This document shows, piece after piece, positions 23,714 to 32,298 of a stretch of DNA of 32,298 nt. The stretch's first letter is position 1. Each line of letters begins with the position of its first letter. The position numbers and the translations under genes were made by a program. The stretch is taken from IMG/VR virus record IMGVR_UViG_3300008266_000827, positions 1 through 32,298 of that record; one strand, given 5' to 3'. The notes beneath the pieces are model-generated. The model was given only the letters and a program-made list of their open reading frames with translations. It was not told the DNA's origin and made no database searches. Source of the DNA: a virus (Duplodnaviria > Caudoviricetes).

Positions 23714-23933
23714 GCAATTTGTCCTTTTGTTCTTTTGTTAATCCGCCTTGCTTGTCAGATACTTCATCGTAGGCGAGAATAATTTTTTCGTATTTTTCAA
23801 TTGTAGTGGCAATGTGCTCTTTAATTCGAGCCGCAGCTAGCTGTTCTTGTACTTCTTTAGAAGCAACAGACCATAAATACTCTAAGAGTTTTGGAATGAT
23901 CGCAGCAATAAGACCAGCCAGCCACGCTTGCAT
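23658..23933 (-). CDS. Putative i-spanin (Rz-like)
   Basis: Likely ATG at 23933, a hydrophobic N-terminus (MQAWLAGLIAAIIPKLL), then a helical or coiled-coil region. Confidence 0.5.
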   Translation of the reverse strand: MQAWLAGLIAAIIPKLLEYLWSVASKEVQEQLAAARIKEHIATTIEKYEKIILAYDEVSDKQGGLTKEQKDKLRAEKIKLEQDLFNGISKR

Positions 23934-23934
23934 A

Positions 23935-24144
23935 TTAACCCACCTGAGCTTTTTCGATTTGCTCAATCAATGATTTTTTAAGCAATGGCAAAAGAACAGG
24001 AACCAATGCATCGTCAATTTTGTTTTCTGATTTTGCTACGACATCCATCAAAGCAGGCTCAGCAATCTCAGCGATAAGATCAACAATCATAGGCTTTGCG
24101 TGTTTAACAACAATCTCAAGTGATTTTTTTCCGATATCGTCCAT
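23935..24144 (-). CDS. Small lysis-region protein
   Basis: ATG at 24144 with an AAGGAAGG RBS; SENKIDD motif in amphipathic helices. Confidence 0.55.
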   Translation of the reverse strand: MDDIGKKSLEIVVKHAKPMIVDLIAEIAEPALMDVVAKSENKIDDALVPVLLPLLKKSLIEQIEKAQVG

Positions 24145-24145
24145 G

Positions 24146-24391
24146 TTATTTTCCTTCCTTAGTAGTTTCAAGTTTTGTCTCGATCCTTGTTAGTCTGTCA
24201 TTGATTTGAATTAATTGAATCCTAACTTCTTTATTTAACTCTTTTGATTCAGATTTAATTTCTGTAATCTGAGATGCAGAGGAGTTTGAAGTGTATGCAA
24301 TAAATGATAGCCACATTATCCCTCCAATAACTGCAGGAACGCTTGCTATAACTGCCCATAAAGGAATAGTGGTCCTTTCGTTTAGGTTCAT
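24146..24391 (-). CDS. Putative holin-like membrane protein
   Basis: One N-terminal TM segment (LWAVIASVPAVIGGIMWLSFIA) and a coiled-coil C-terminus RLTRIETKL; follows the tail genes. Confidence 0.5.
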   Translation of the reverse strand: MNLNERTTIPLWAVIASVPAVIGGIMWLSFIAYTSNSSASQITEIKSESKELNKEVRIQLIQINDRLTRIETKLETTKEGK

Positions 24392-26109
24392 TATCTTGGT
24401 CCCGTAATTGAAACATAAGCATCAAAATCAGCATTTGGCCCATAAATTATGCACGATGTAGCACTTGAACATGAGCATGATGTTGATTGAACTGTTGCAG
24501 ATTTTACAGTCACATTACAACTATATGGTGTTGCCGAAAAAACTCCAGATGAAATTGTAAGAGCGCATGATGTAGTTGATCTATTTCCAACAGAAAACAA
24601 AAAACCAGTTTGATTTGTAATTGATGACGAAGCATCGCAATTTATATCAGCGGCTTCAAATTTATAAGCTCCATTATAAGCGCTTGTCACCCCACCCACA
24701 AGCAGAGGAGCGTTCTGGTTCTCGATCCAGCCTTGGACTTGTACCCTTGCAAAAATATCAAATGTTTGAGTGTTTCCCCAATCCGTTCCTAACCTTTTTG
24801 TGACAGCCGCCGTGCCTGACGAACTATAACCTAAAGTTAAATAGGTTACGCTCGGCTCAATTAAAGTATACATAGCACCTGCCAAGCCAGTTGTCGCAGA
24901 TCCCATGTTTCCAGCGATTTGGAGAGTAGCAATTGAACTAGATGAAGTAATCCCGGTTGGAAGAGAAACCCTAGCCTCAACCCCAGTATGTGAGCCAGTT
25001 GTAAACCTGCATTTTACAAACAAGTCTTGACCGTCTCTTTTGTGAAAACAAGTGGGACTTGTCACGGTCCCAAACCCAGTAAAAGTCGGAGTGTATGAAG
25101 TCCACGCATAATTCGACTGATCCATGCGAATAACATTTCCAACTATCCAACCTTGAATTGGAATTCTTGCAAAAAATGAATATGTATTTCCAGCGACTAC
25201 AAGTGCATCCCCGTTTCTTTTTGTAAGACCCGAGGCTGTCGATGCTTGAACACCAAATGTTACATACCCAACTGATTGCTCAACTAATACATAAGTTGAA
25301 GATGCGTCCGCAGCAGTGCCAGTCATCACTCCAACAATCGAAAGAGAAGGCAATGTTGACATAGACAGCAGAGATCCTGGTAATGAAACTCGCGCCTCAC
25401 TTGCCGCAGGCGAGCCTCCAATTGTGTAAGTACATCTAAGAAGTAAATCCTGACCTTCTCTTGCATGTTCACAATTTATAGAAGATTGCGAACCCATTGA
25501 TGTAAAAATAGGTGTATATGAAGTCCACTGATAATTCGCGGAATCTGTTCCAATGTTCCTATTTAATCCAGCATAGAAATTATCAACCTTTATATTTGTC
25601 CCAGTCGTTGCATTCGAATCAATGACCAAATCATAAGGTCCATCAGTACTCGATCCGCAAGGAGCTTGAACTGTATATCTTTGAACTCTATTTTGTTGCT
25701 GAACCATGGCCGTAGAAGTTCCACTAACCTGAGCTCCGTTATTCTCAAGGTAAACATCATAATGAGGAACAGAGCTTGACGATGTAAAAACATCAACAGA
25801 GAATTCGCAGTTTCTACCATATAGCTCTCGATCAAATGCCTTTGCTCTAAGCTTAGCAAGACCCGAGGCTGATGTTGCAGTTAAACTCAAGGACTGAGTC
25901 CCTTGAAGTCTTTCAGTTGTAGTTAGTGCGCATGTAGCAAACGAAGTACAAGCTATTCCTGCAAGGTTTTTATCCATGTAAGGATTAACCGCATAGTTCC
26001 TAAAGCCTGAGTTATTCCCATCAATGTAATCAGCGCCTATCGTTCGAACCGTTTGAGCATGCGTAAACTCAGCGAAAAATAAAACTATAAACAATAAATA
26101 TTTAAACAT
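24391..26109 (-). CDS. Tail adhesin/receptor-binding-like protein with an N-terminal signal peptide and two internal repeats
   Basis: MFKYLLFIVLFFAEFTHA-Q, two ~130-aa WTSYTP...EARVSLP...FAR...QGWI repeats and 14 Cys. TAATG-coupled to the tail fibre gene. Confidence 0.6.
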   Translation of the reverse strand: MFKYLLFIVLFFAEFTHAQTVRTIGADYIDGNNSGFRNYAVNPYMDKNLAGIACTSFATCALTTTERLQGTQSLSLTATSASGLAKLRAKAFDRELYGRNCEFSVDVFTSSSSVPHYDVYLENNGAQVSGTSTAMVQQQNRVQRYTVQAPCGSSTDGPYDLVIDSNATTGTNIKVDNFYAGLNRNIGTDSANYQWTSYTPIFTSMGSQSSINCEHAREGQDLLLRCTYTIGGSPAASEARVSLPGSLLSMSTLPSLSIVGVMTGTAADASSTYVLVEQSVGYVTFGVQASTASGLTKRNGDALVVAGNTYSFFARIPIQGWIVGNVIRMDQSNYAWTSYTPTFTGFGTVTSPTCFHKRDGQDLFVKCRFTTGSHTGVEARVSLPTGITSSSSIATLQIAGNMGSATTGLAGAMYTLIEPSVTYLTLGYSSSGTAAVTKRLGTDWGNTQTFDIFARVQVQGWIENQNAPLLVGGVTSAYNGAYKFEAADINCDASSSITNQTGFLFSVGNRSTTSCALTISSGVFSATPYSCNVTVKSATVQSTSCSCSSATSCIIYGPNADFDAYVSITGPR

Positions 26110-27467
26110 TAATCTCTCCTAGAAAATTCAGACCAAACTGTACCATTCCAGTATAAATCCAAAGTGTCGTTGTTATATGAATACCATGGACCATTAAGGC
26201 TTAAACCGTTACCATCCTCAAGCAAAATGTAATTGGCATCAGATGTTCCAACAAGGCGCATCTCTTGGCCGACGATAGTTCCATTTGTTATTTGAGGATT
26301 CGCTGAAACATCACTCTCTCCAGAGATAGATCCTACAACAAACACCATTTGTTTATTTGCAGTCGTTGACATGTGCGATGCGCCAGACGTAATGCCTGTT
26401 GCTGCGACTACAGATCTAGGCGATCCAGTTGATCCAAATAATGTTGAACTACCGCCGCCAGATCCACCGACAACTTGCCATCGTGTGGAGTTATTATCAT
26501 AAGCCAAGATAATCGCAGAGCCTGCAAGCATCGTGAGATCTTGATTAGTCCCTGTCAGAATTCTATTTGCAGCCGTGCCGCCAGAGTTATTGATAATCGT
26601 AATGGTTGCGCCAGTATCATTTTTTAAAACGATGATCTGCCCATCTGCAGGTGAGGCTATATTGTTAATCGAAACAAGAGATGTATTTGTTAAATCAACG
26701 AATGATCTTGTCGGCGTAATGCTTTGATTTGATCCTGTTGTTGTAGAATCAACTTGCTGCTCTAGTCTTAAAAAAGACTGCATGATTAAAGATCCGGTCA
26801 TTGTATCGCCAGCTTTTGCGACTCTTGCAGCAATGGCCGCATTTATTGTCGTAAGATCAGAGTCATCGAGCAGTAGAGATGTGTCAGCAATACCATGGAT
26901 GTTTGTCGTATCAGCTTCATGGGCTGCAACGGAAACAACAGTAGGACCTGCATCAAGTCCATCGCCTGTTGGATTAACAATGATTGAAGCTCCAGGATTT
27001 CCAACTAAGCCAGCTGGTAAAACACCTGAAAACGTAGATGGATTAACCGTGACAGGTAATTTAAGAGAGCGATCAAGCTCATCTTGTTGTTGCTGATCTA
27101 TCATCACAAGTTTATCAAACTGATCTTCATGAATCTCTGGAAAAAATGCGCCCTGATTTCTGATATCAGTTTCTTGAACAAGAGGGATCACTCGTCTGAT
27201 AGTTAAAACGTAATCGACCTTTAAATCACCCTCAGCATCGATCCAGTCAAAAGCGCCATTTACAAGTGGGATAGTTCCACCATTTACTCCGCCAACTCCA
27301 GTCACTGAATAATGAGTTGTCTTAGTTAAAACAGTTTCAACGTCTGAGGTATCTCTGACAATGACTTCAATATCATCGTCGTCAAATATTCGAAACGTGT
27401 AGTTGTAGGTATCGACAGAACCATTCCCGACATAATCATTTCGATTATTTGCATTTGATAACGACAT
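26109..27467 (-). CDS. Tail fibre protein with a podovirus N-terminal adaptor domain
   Basis: YVGNGSVDTYNYTFRIF...TIRR..PLVQETD.RNQGAFFPEIHEDQFDKL adaptor, followed by KAGDTMTG and beta-rich domains. Confidence 0.85.
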   Translation of the reverse strand: MSLSNANNRNDYVGNGSVDTYNYTFRIFDDDDIEVIVRDTSDVETVLTKTTHYSVTGVGGVNGGTIPLVNGAFDWIDAEGDLKVDYVLTIRRVIPLVQETDIRNQGAFFPEIHEDQFDKLVMIDQQQQDELDRSLKLPVTVNPSTFSGVLPAGLVGNPGASIIVNPTGDGLDAGPTVVSVAAHEADTTNIHGIADTSLLLDDSDLTTINAAIAARVAKAGDTMTGSLIMQSFLRLEQQVDSTTTGSNQSITPTRSFVDLTNTSLVSINNIASPADGQIIVLKNDTGATITIINNSGGTAANRILTGTNQDLTMLAGSAIILAYDNNSTRWQVVGGSGGGSSTLFGSTGSPRSVVAATGITSGASHMSTTANKQMVFVVGSISGESDVSANPQITNGTIVGQEMRLVGTSDANYILLEDGNGLSLNGPWYSYNNDTLDLYWNGTVWSEFSRRD

Positions 27468-27513
27468 TTATAAACCTCGACTCATTTCAAAAAAAATTAC
27501 TTATTTAGTCAAA

Positions 27514-30500
27514 TCAATTTCCAGCCTTACCAGTTATTAAACCTCTGCTAAAATCTATAGGTCCAGTAGGCTCAGCCTTGCCAGACTCAACATCCATTAA
27601 ATAACCTACAGGTCTACCCAAAGGTCCAGTTGGTAAGCCAGTCATGATACCGATCATTTGCAAAGAGTCTTTAATGGTTTTCTTTTTTAACTCACCGCGA
27701 TCAACAGCATCTTTGTAAATTGCCGCCGGAACCCCTGCCCCTGCTTCAACAATGGATAGCACTGGAGATAAACTTAATCTGTCATCAGCGATATTCTTTG
27801 TGAACGCTTTATTGTAGGCTGCGACTCCTAGTTGTCCAACATACGGCACTGTTGCTGTTGCTGTTTTAAACTGCGAGCCAAAGAATACCTTCATCGCATC
27901 ATCTAAGTATTCATTGTCATCGTCATCATCCCAACTGTTTCCCATTGCTCTGACAATAATCTCAGATAAAACTGCAGGCAGCATAAAGGCTGTAAGGTAT
28001 AAATAAAACCCTCTCCCCATGCCTTTTCTTAATCCCACGTCTCTTTGAATTCTCTGAATCTCTGAACCATTTAAATTTGCCAACATGTTAAAATAAGAAA
28101 CAAACTGCTTAAACATCATCTCAGTCGGAGTCCCTGTTTCAAACCTTGAAACATCCTCAGGATTTGTTGTCCCTTGAGTTGTTCTGACTGCAGAGTCTGC
28201 CATCCTGACAGCTTCAAGATCAGTCATCTTTTGCTCAATAGCTTGATCATAAGCCCCTCGCCAAACAATAGCATTAACCATGTTTTGCGCATGCATCTGT
28301 AAAAAATAAGCGTGCCTTGATGAGAACTCTTTAGCCTTTTCAAAGGTTGTAGGATTAACAAGGATCTCTTTAACTTGCTGATGTATTTCAAAGATGTTTG
28401 ATCCTTGAGTTGATTTCATCCAGTCAGATTTTTCCATGATCGCTTCGATCATAGCCTTATTATTAACAGTGTACTCAGCCATAGCGTTTCGAATGTACTT
28501 CGGCTGAACCTTAGACATAGCAACAACTAGACCTGTCACTTGCTGCAGAGTATTGGTCACATTGCCCATCATGATCTGCATGGCCACGTTTCGCCGCAAT
28601 ACCCTTGCAGCTGCGTCCGTTGCCTTACCTAAGCCTGTAGCTGATGGAAGTATAGTCTGTTGCTGAGCAGCTCTTTGAAGCCATGGCACGAGCATTTCAG
28701 ATGCAATCTGGGTATCGATCTTTGAAACAGATTGTCTAAAGCCTGGATCAAGAGCAATCCTTGAGACCTCTTTAACCCTTGGCTCGATGTAAGTAAATCT
28801 CAATACACCATCGATATGCCCACCTAATAGATTCATATCGAGAGATAATGGAACAGTGTAGCTTTCCACACGAGATTTTGTGAACCCTTTGCCAGTCGTA
28901 GGAAACTGAAACGAGTTATTGTTATTCTCAAACTGCTCTCTCTCTTGCCTGACCTTTGCGTCCTCATTAGTATAAGGATCTGCTTTTGCTGGGACATAGC
29001 CGCCTCGAAACTTAACTGGACCTTCGCCGAAATCAACCTCAAGCTCTTTGGCCGTGATCTCGTTAAAGTAATACCCAAACATTTCCTTATGAGCCTTTTG
29101 AGATTCAGGCTTTAAAGACTCCAAAAGATCCCAAACATTTTGCGCGAACTGGAAATCAGCCTTAGTTAAAACCTTTTGCTGAACCATTCTCTTAATGAAT
29201 CGATCCCAGTTCTCGGTGTTTAAAGTTCCATCTGCGTTTTGTTCGCCCCATTTGCGACCTAATAGTAATTTCCTAAGATTAGATTCATTGCCTGAGTGGA
29301 GAACTGCCATCATGAGCTCAGCTTTATTTTGAAAATTAAACTCCAAATCATCAGCAACAATTTTATCGTTTGTTAAATTTGATCTGTATCCATCAAGCAA
29401 GTCTTTGTACTTTTTAAGAACTTCATTTTTCTGAAGGCGATACTTTGTCGTCGCATCAGAAATCGGCTGCCAAATATATTTATGGAATGGACCATTGTCT
29501 TGAACGTCCATTGCCTTTGCCCATGACTCAACTCTTGTTAAAGACGCACGAGCTCCGAGCAAGATCATTTTAATCTTACCCCATTTGGTCACGGTTTCTT
29601 CATACTGAGTTTTCACATCTGGAGTGATCGCATCGATTTGAGTTAGGAGTTCTTCTTTAACTTTATCAGCGCTCATCTTTTTGCCGTCGATCTGAATCTC
29701 TCGTCTTGATTTTGCCAGGTCATAAAGAGCGTCAACAGAATCTCTCATCTCAACGAACACATCAAAGGTCACGTTCTCATAGTTTCCTTTTTGTGCCGTC
29801 GCTGAATCATACAAAGCTTTAACCATAGAGTAGGTTTCAGGATCATATTGCTTCATGGATTTTAAATACTCTTCAGCTGTCTTATCAGCCCTGACAATTC
29901 CAAACTCTGCAAGGATCGCTTTTGCCGCATTGACTAGATCAACGTCTCGGCTCTTAGCCATGTCCTCATCTTTTCGAAACATTTTTTTAAATTTATCGAG
30001 GGATTTTTTAACATCCTCTTTTGCATCCATCGCTTGAAGATAGAGCTCAAAGTTCAAGTATTCTTTTCTCTTTGCTTCAAATGCTTTTTCAAACTCGCCT
30101 TGCTTATAAAATTTCGCAGCTTGAATAGAGAATTTCTTTTCGCTGTTTCTATAAATATGGGGCTTGATATCTCGAACGTTTGTTGCTGCAATTAATTTAA
30201 CCGCTTGTTCTTTCACCGCTTTATCACTTGGCATTCGGCGAATTAGCTTTGACGCTACCGTCTTAAGAACTTGCGGATCATTCGTCGCCAGGTGTTTAAG
30301 CTCCATCCTTTTCAGCTTTCTATAATTCTCATTATGGAGAGCTCTCATCGCCTCTTCAGATAACTCTGGAGATTCTAATAATTCAGGATAGGTTTTCTTG
30401 ATTTCTTCAGCTGCCCTGCCCTCGACATAAGAATCAATTCCTTTTGCATAAGGGGCCATTGCAGATAGCATCTCTTGACCATTAGCGTATCCAAACATCG

Positions 30501-32298
30501 TCGCTACAACATCAGGATGAACACCCTCACCTTTAACAGATGATCCTCTTGGAATGGTTTTCTTAAACTCAGAAAACTGTTGATCGATAATTTCTTTTGA
30601 TAATTTTAACTCACCCTTAATCGCAGCCATTGCTTTAAACTCTGGCATGGCCTGAGCTTTTTCTATCTCAGCTGCATAGATCTCATCGTACTTATTCTTG
30701 TAAGCCTGATCCTTGGTCCTGATTAAATCTTTCATGACCTTGGCTCTGAGCTCATCCTTAGCATCCATATTGGCAAATGCTGCAGCTGTCAGGTAGTCCA
30801 TAGTTTCTTGCTCAGATAAACCTGCTCGCCTTGGATCACCCTGAAAAATAGAGGCTACTCCAAGATTAGACTTAGCAAGATTGATCTCTTCTTCAGTCGC
30901 AAGCATTCGATCAAAGACTCCCCTGATCTCATCTGTCATTTCAACATTAAGTCCTGAGGCCTGTCTGTAAACAGAGATCAGCCAGTTTTTAAATGTATGA
31001 AACACTTTCTTTAAAGCTTCAGACGGTGATTTACCTTCCATCATGTACGCTTCAAATGATCTTGCAAAAATCTCATGCTGATCAGTGCCTACTTCAGATC
31101 TGGATTTAACTCCGACATGAGCAAGCATCTTTTGGTAATCATCTTTAATAGACTGAGGCGCATTCTTAGCTTCAGCAAAATCGCCATACACTTCAAAAAA
31201 GAAATGGGCAGACTCGTGAAGGAATGTTGACTCATCTCTTGTTTTAAAAAGATCAATATTAAATTGTCTGTTGTTCCCGAATCTGATTTGACCTCGGATG
31301 TCTTGTCTTAAATTTTTACCATCTCTAGATTTACGAAAAGCGTTCCCAGCGTCAGTCTGCTCTTTTCCTGCAGTAATTTGTTTTCCCTCTAAAGACTCTA
31401 CATAATCATATACAGCTGTGCCAATACCCACACGTTGAGCATTCTTGTTTAGGGTAATACCAATTGGTTCAATTTCACTTTCTTTAACTTGATAAACCAT
31501 GCTTCCAACAAGCTTTCCAGAAGCATTTTTAATTGCGACTCTTTTTTTACCTTCAGCTATTGAGTCTTCGGTCAATGTATTATCTATAAATATTTTATAT
31601 TGCTCACCATTCTTTGCTGTAAAATCAATTCCAGCTTCACTTACTTTCTTCTGATACAATTCCTTAGCGCCGCCAACAGCCTTTTGCATATACATCTGGT
31701 CACGTCTTTTGACAGCTCGGTAGCCATGAAACCTAAGCATCTCTATTGCCTGCTCTGCATTTGCTCCAAATGATCTTGTGTTAAAAACAACAAGAGGTGA
31801 TCCGTTATCAACAGCCATCTTCTCAGCTGTTTCAAGTAAGGCCGCAGTGTTCGAAGTAAGCTCTGGATCATAATTAAACTGATTTACATCAACGACTGCA
31901 GATCCATCCATGCCTCTTGATAAGCGCATGTTCATTGATGACTTTCCATCAAGTGATTTAAACGTGACAGACTCATCGTCTTGAACTTCAGTTGTTAAAA
32001 CCTCATTAGCACCTTGATTATAGATGGTCGCGATATCAATGGTCGGCATTTCAGCTTTTGAATTAAAGAAATTAATCTTAACGCCATACTCTTTATAGAT
32101 GTCAGCTGGCATTTGACCAGTTCGATATCCCAAGATCTCAAGCTGCCTACTAAATACAACAGCATTATTCTTGGCCTCTTTAGGTGACATGCCACCATTT
32201 CGAAGCTGCTCTTCGACGCTCTTTAAAACTTCTTTCGCTGAGGATTCAACAGTCGCGATCTCTTCATCTGACTTACCATCTTTGGCTTTATTGTATTC
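27514..32298 (-). CDS. Large internal virion (ejection) protein, polyvalent type; 5' end outside the window
   Basis: The frame is open to the window edge (EYNKAKDGK...NGGMSP). Contains STFLHESAHFF (HExxH), HEIFARSFEAY, two GNAT-like inserts and a long helical C-terminal region; lies upstream of the tail fibre. Confidence 0.85.
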   Translation of the reverse strand, partial: EYNKAKDGKSDEEIATVESSAKEVLKSVEEQLRNGGMSPKEAKNNAVVFSRQLEILGYRTGQMPADIYKEYGVKINFFNSKAEMPTIDIATIYNQGANEVLTTEVQDDESVTFKSLDGKSSMNMRLSRGMDGSAVVDVNQFNYDPELTSNTAALLETAEKMAVDNGSPLVVFNTRSFGANAEQAIEMLRFHGYRAVKRRDQMYMQKAVGGAKELYQKKVSEAGIDFTAKNGEQYKIFIDNTLTEDSIAEGKKRVAIKNASGKLVGSMVYQVKESEIEPIGITLNKNAQRVGIGTAVYDYVESLEGKQITAGKEQTDAGNAFRKSRDGKNLRQDIRGQIRFGNNRQFNIDLFKTRDESTFLHESAHFFFEVYGDFAEAKNAPQSIKDDYQKMLAHVGVKSRSEVGTDQHEIFARSFEAYMMEGKSPSEALKKVFHTFKNWLISVYRQASGLNVEMTDEIRGVFDRMLATEEEINLAKSNLGVASIFQGDPRRAGLSEQETMDYLTAAAFANMDAKDELRAKVMKDLIRTKDQAYKNKYDEIYAAEIEKAQAMPEFKAMAAIKGELKLSKEIIDQQFSEFKKTIPRGSSVKGEGVHPDVVATMFGYANGQEMLSAMAPYAKGIDSYVEGRAAEEIKKTYPELLESPELSEEAMRALHNENYRKLKRMELKHLATNDPQVLKTVASKLIRRMPSDKAVKEQAVKLIAATNVRDIKPHIYRNSEKKFSIQAAKFYKQGEFEKAFEAKRKEYLNFELYLQAMDAKEDVKKSLDKFKKMFRKDEDMAKSRDVDLVNAAKAILAEFGIVRADKTAEEYLKSMKQYDPETYSMVKALYDSATAQKGNYENVTFDVFVEMRDSVDALYDLAKSRREIQIDGKKMSADKVKEELLTQIDAITPDVKTQYEETVTKWGKIKMILLGARASLTRVESWAKAMDVQDNGPFHKYIWQPISDATTKYRLQKNEVLKKYKDLLDGYRSNLTNDKIVADDLEFNFQNKAELMMAVLHSGNESNLRKLLLGRKWGEQNADGTLNTENWDRFIKRMVQQKVLTKADFQFAQNVWDLLESLKPESQKAHKEMFGYYFNEITAKELEVDFGEGPVKFRGGYVPAKADPYTNEDAKVRQEREQFENNNNSFQFPTTGKGFTKSRVESYTVPLSLDMNLLGGHIDGVLRFTYIEPRVKEVSRIALDPGFRQSVSKIDTQIASEMLVPWLQRAAQQQTILPSATGLGKATDAAARVLRRNVAMQIMMGNVTNTLQQVTGLVVAMSKVQPKYIRNAMAEYTVNNKAMIEAIMEKSDWMKSTQGSNIFEIHQQVKEILVNPTTFEKAKEFSSRHAYFLQMHAQNMVNAIVWRGAYDQAIEQKMTDLEAVRMADSAVRTTQGTTNPEDVSRFETGTPTEMMFKQFVSYFNMLANLNGSEIQRIQRDVGLRKGMGRGFYLYLTAFMLPAVLSEIIVRAMGNSWDDDDDNEYLDDAMKVFFGSQFKTATATVPYVGQLGVAAYNKAFTKNIADDRLSLSPVLSIVEAGAGVPAAIYKDAVDRGELKKKTIKDSLQMIGIMTGLPTGPLGRPVGYLMDVESGKAEPTGPIDFSRGLITGKAGN

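Noticed and set aside
24391-27467. BPP-1-type diversity-generating retroelement
   Set aside because: I see no reverse transcriptase and no near-identical TR/VR pair differing at adenines. The internal repeats are old protein-level duplications.
27468-27513. Promoter or terminator before the tail fibre gene
   Set aside because: TTGACT is present on the minus strand, but the -10 is poor and there is no stable hairpin. Only the GAGGT RBS is supportable.
1220-32198. Short antisense or off-frame ORFs nested in long genes (e.g. 1220..1528, 1551..1763, 2125..2388, 3454..3660, 5841..6135, 9115..9309, 17283..17504, 18173..18391, 19411..19614, 26782..27096, 28833..29078, 31995..32198)
   Set aside because: They overlap well-supported genes, have no recognisable motif or RBS, and behave as shadow ORFs.
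1-32298. tRNA or rRNA genes
   Set aside because: I recognised no cloverleaf or T-loop signature in the few intergenic gaps. A tRNAscan or Infernal run would be needed to exclude them fully.

Overview
This window is about 32 kb of a tailed dsDNA phage genome with a BPP-1/epsilon15-type podovirus head module. Nearly all genes are on the minus strand. In the direction of transcription (right to left) the order is: a large internal virion/ejection protein (5' end cut off), two tail-fibre/adhesin genes, holin- and spanin-like genes, an inverted block (CsrA-like protein, HNH nuclease), a metallophosphoesterase, a CHAP endolysin, an antisense lipoprotein, a YqaJ exonuclease, a cluster of small accessory ORFs, RecT, an HNH-like nuclease, an SF2 helicase, VRR-NUC, a Toprim/VapE primase-helicase, an iteron-rich putative origin, TerS, TerL, a GNAT, the portal, a ~4 kb inserted block of beta-rich putative virion proteins, scaffold and major capsid protein (3' end cut off). 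I recognise no integrase, repressor, DNA polymerase, tRNA or CRISPR array. The strongest leads are five. (1) Two antisense genes share a sigma28/FliA-like promoter with CCGATAA exactly 7 nt before a leaderless ATG. (2) A CsrA-like protein co-occurs with a 15-copy NGGAGC array that is open in all three frames. (3) An A-X-B-A-Y-B micro-cassette array uses 15- and 22-bp repeats to supply the RBS and the stop codon. (4) A 12-iteron origin candidate contains an IHF-consensus site. (5) A tail-adhesin-like protein carries a signal peptide and 14 cysteines. All family calls come from motif recognition by eye, not from database searches.
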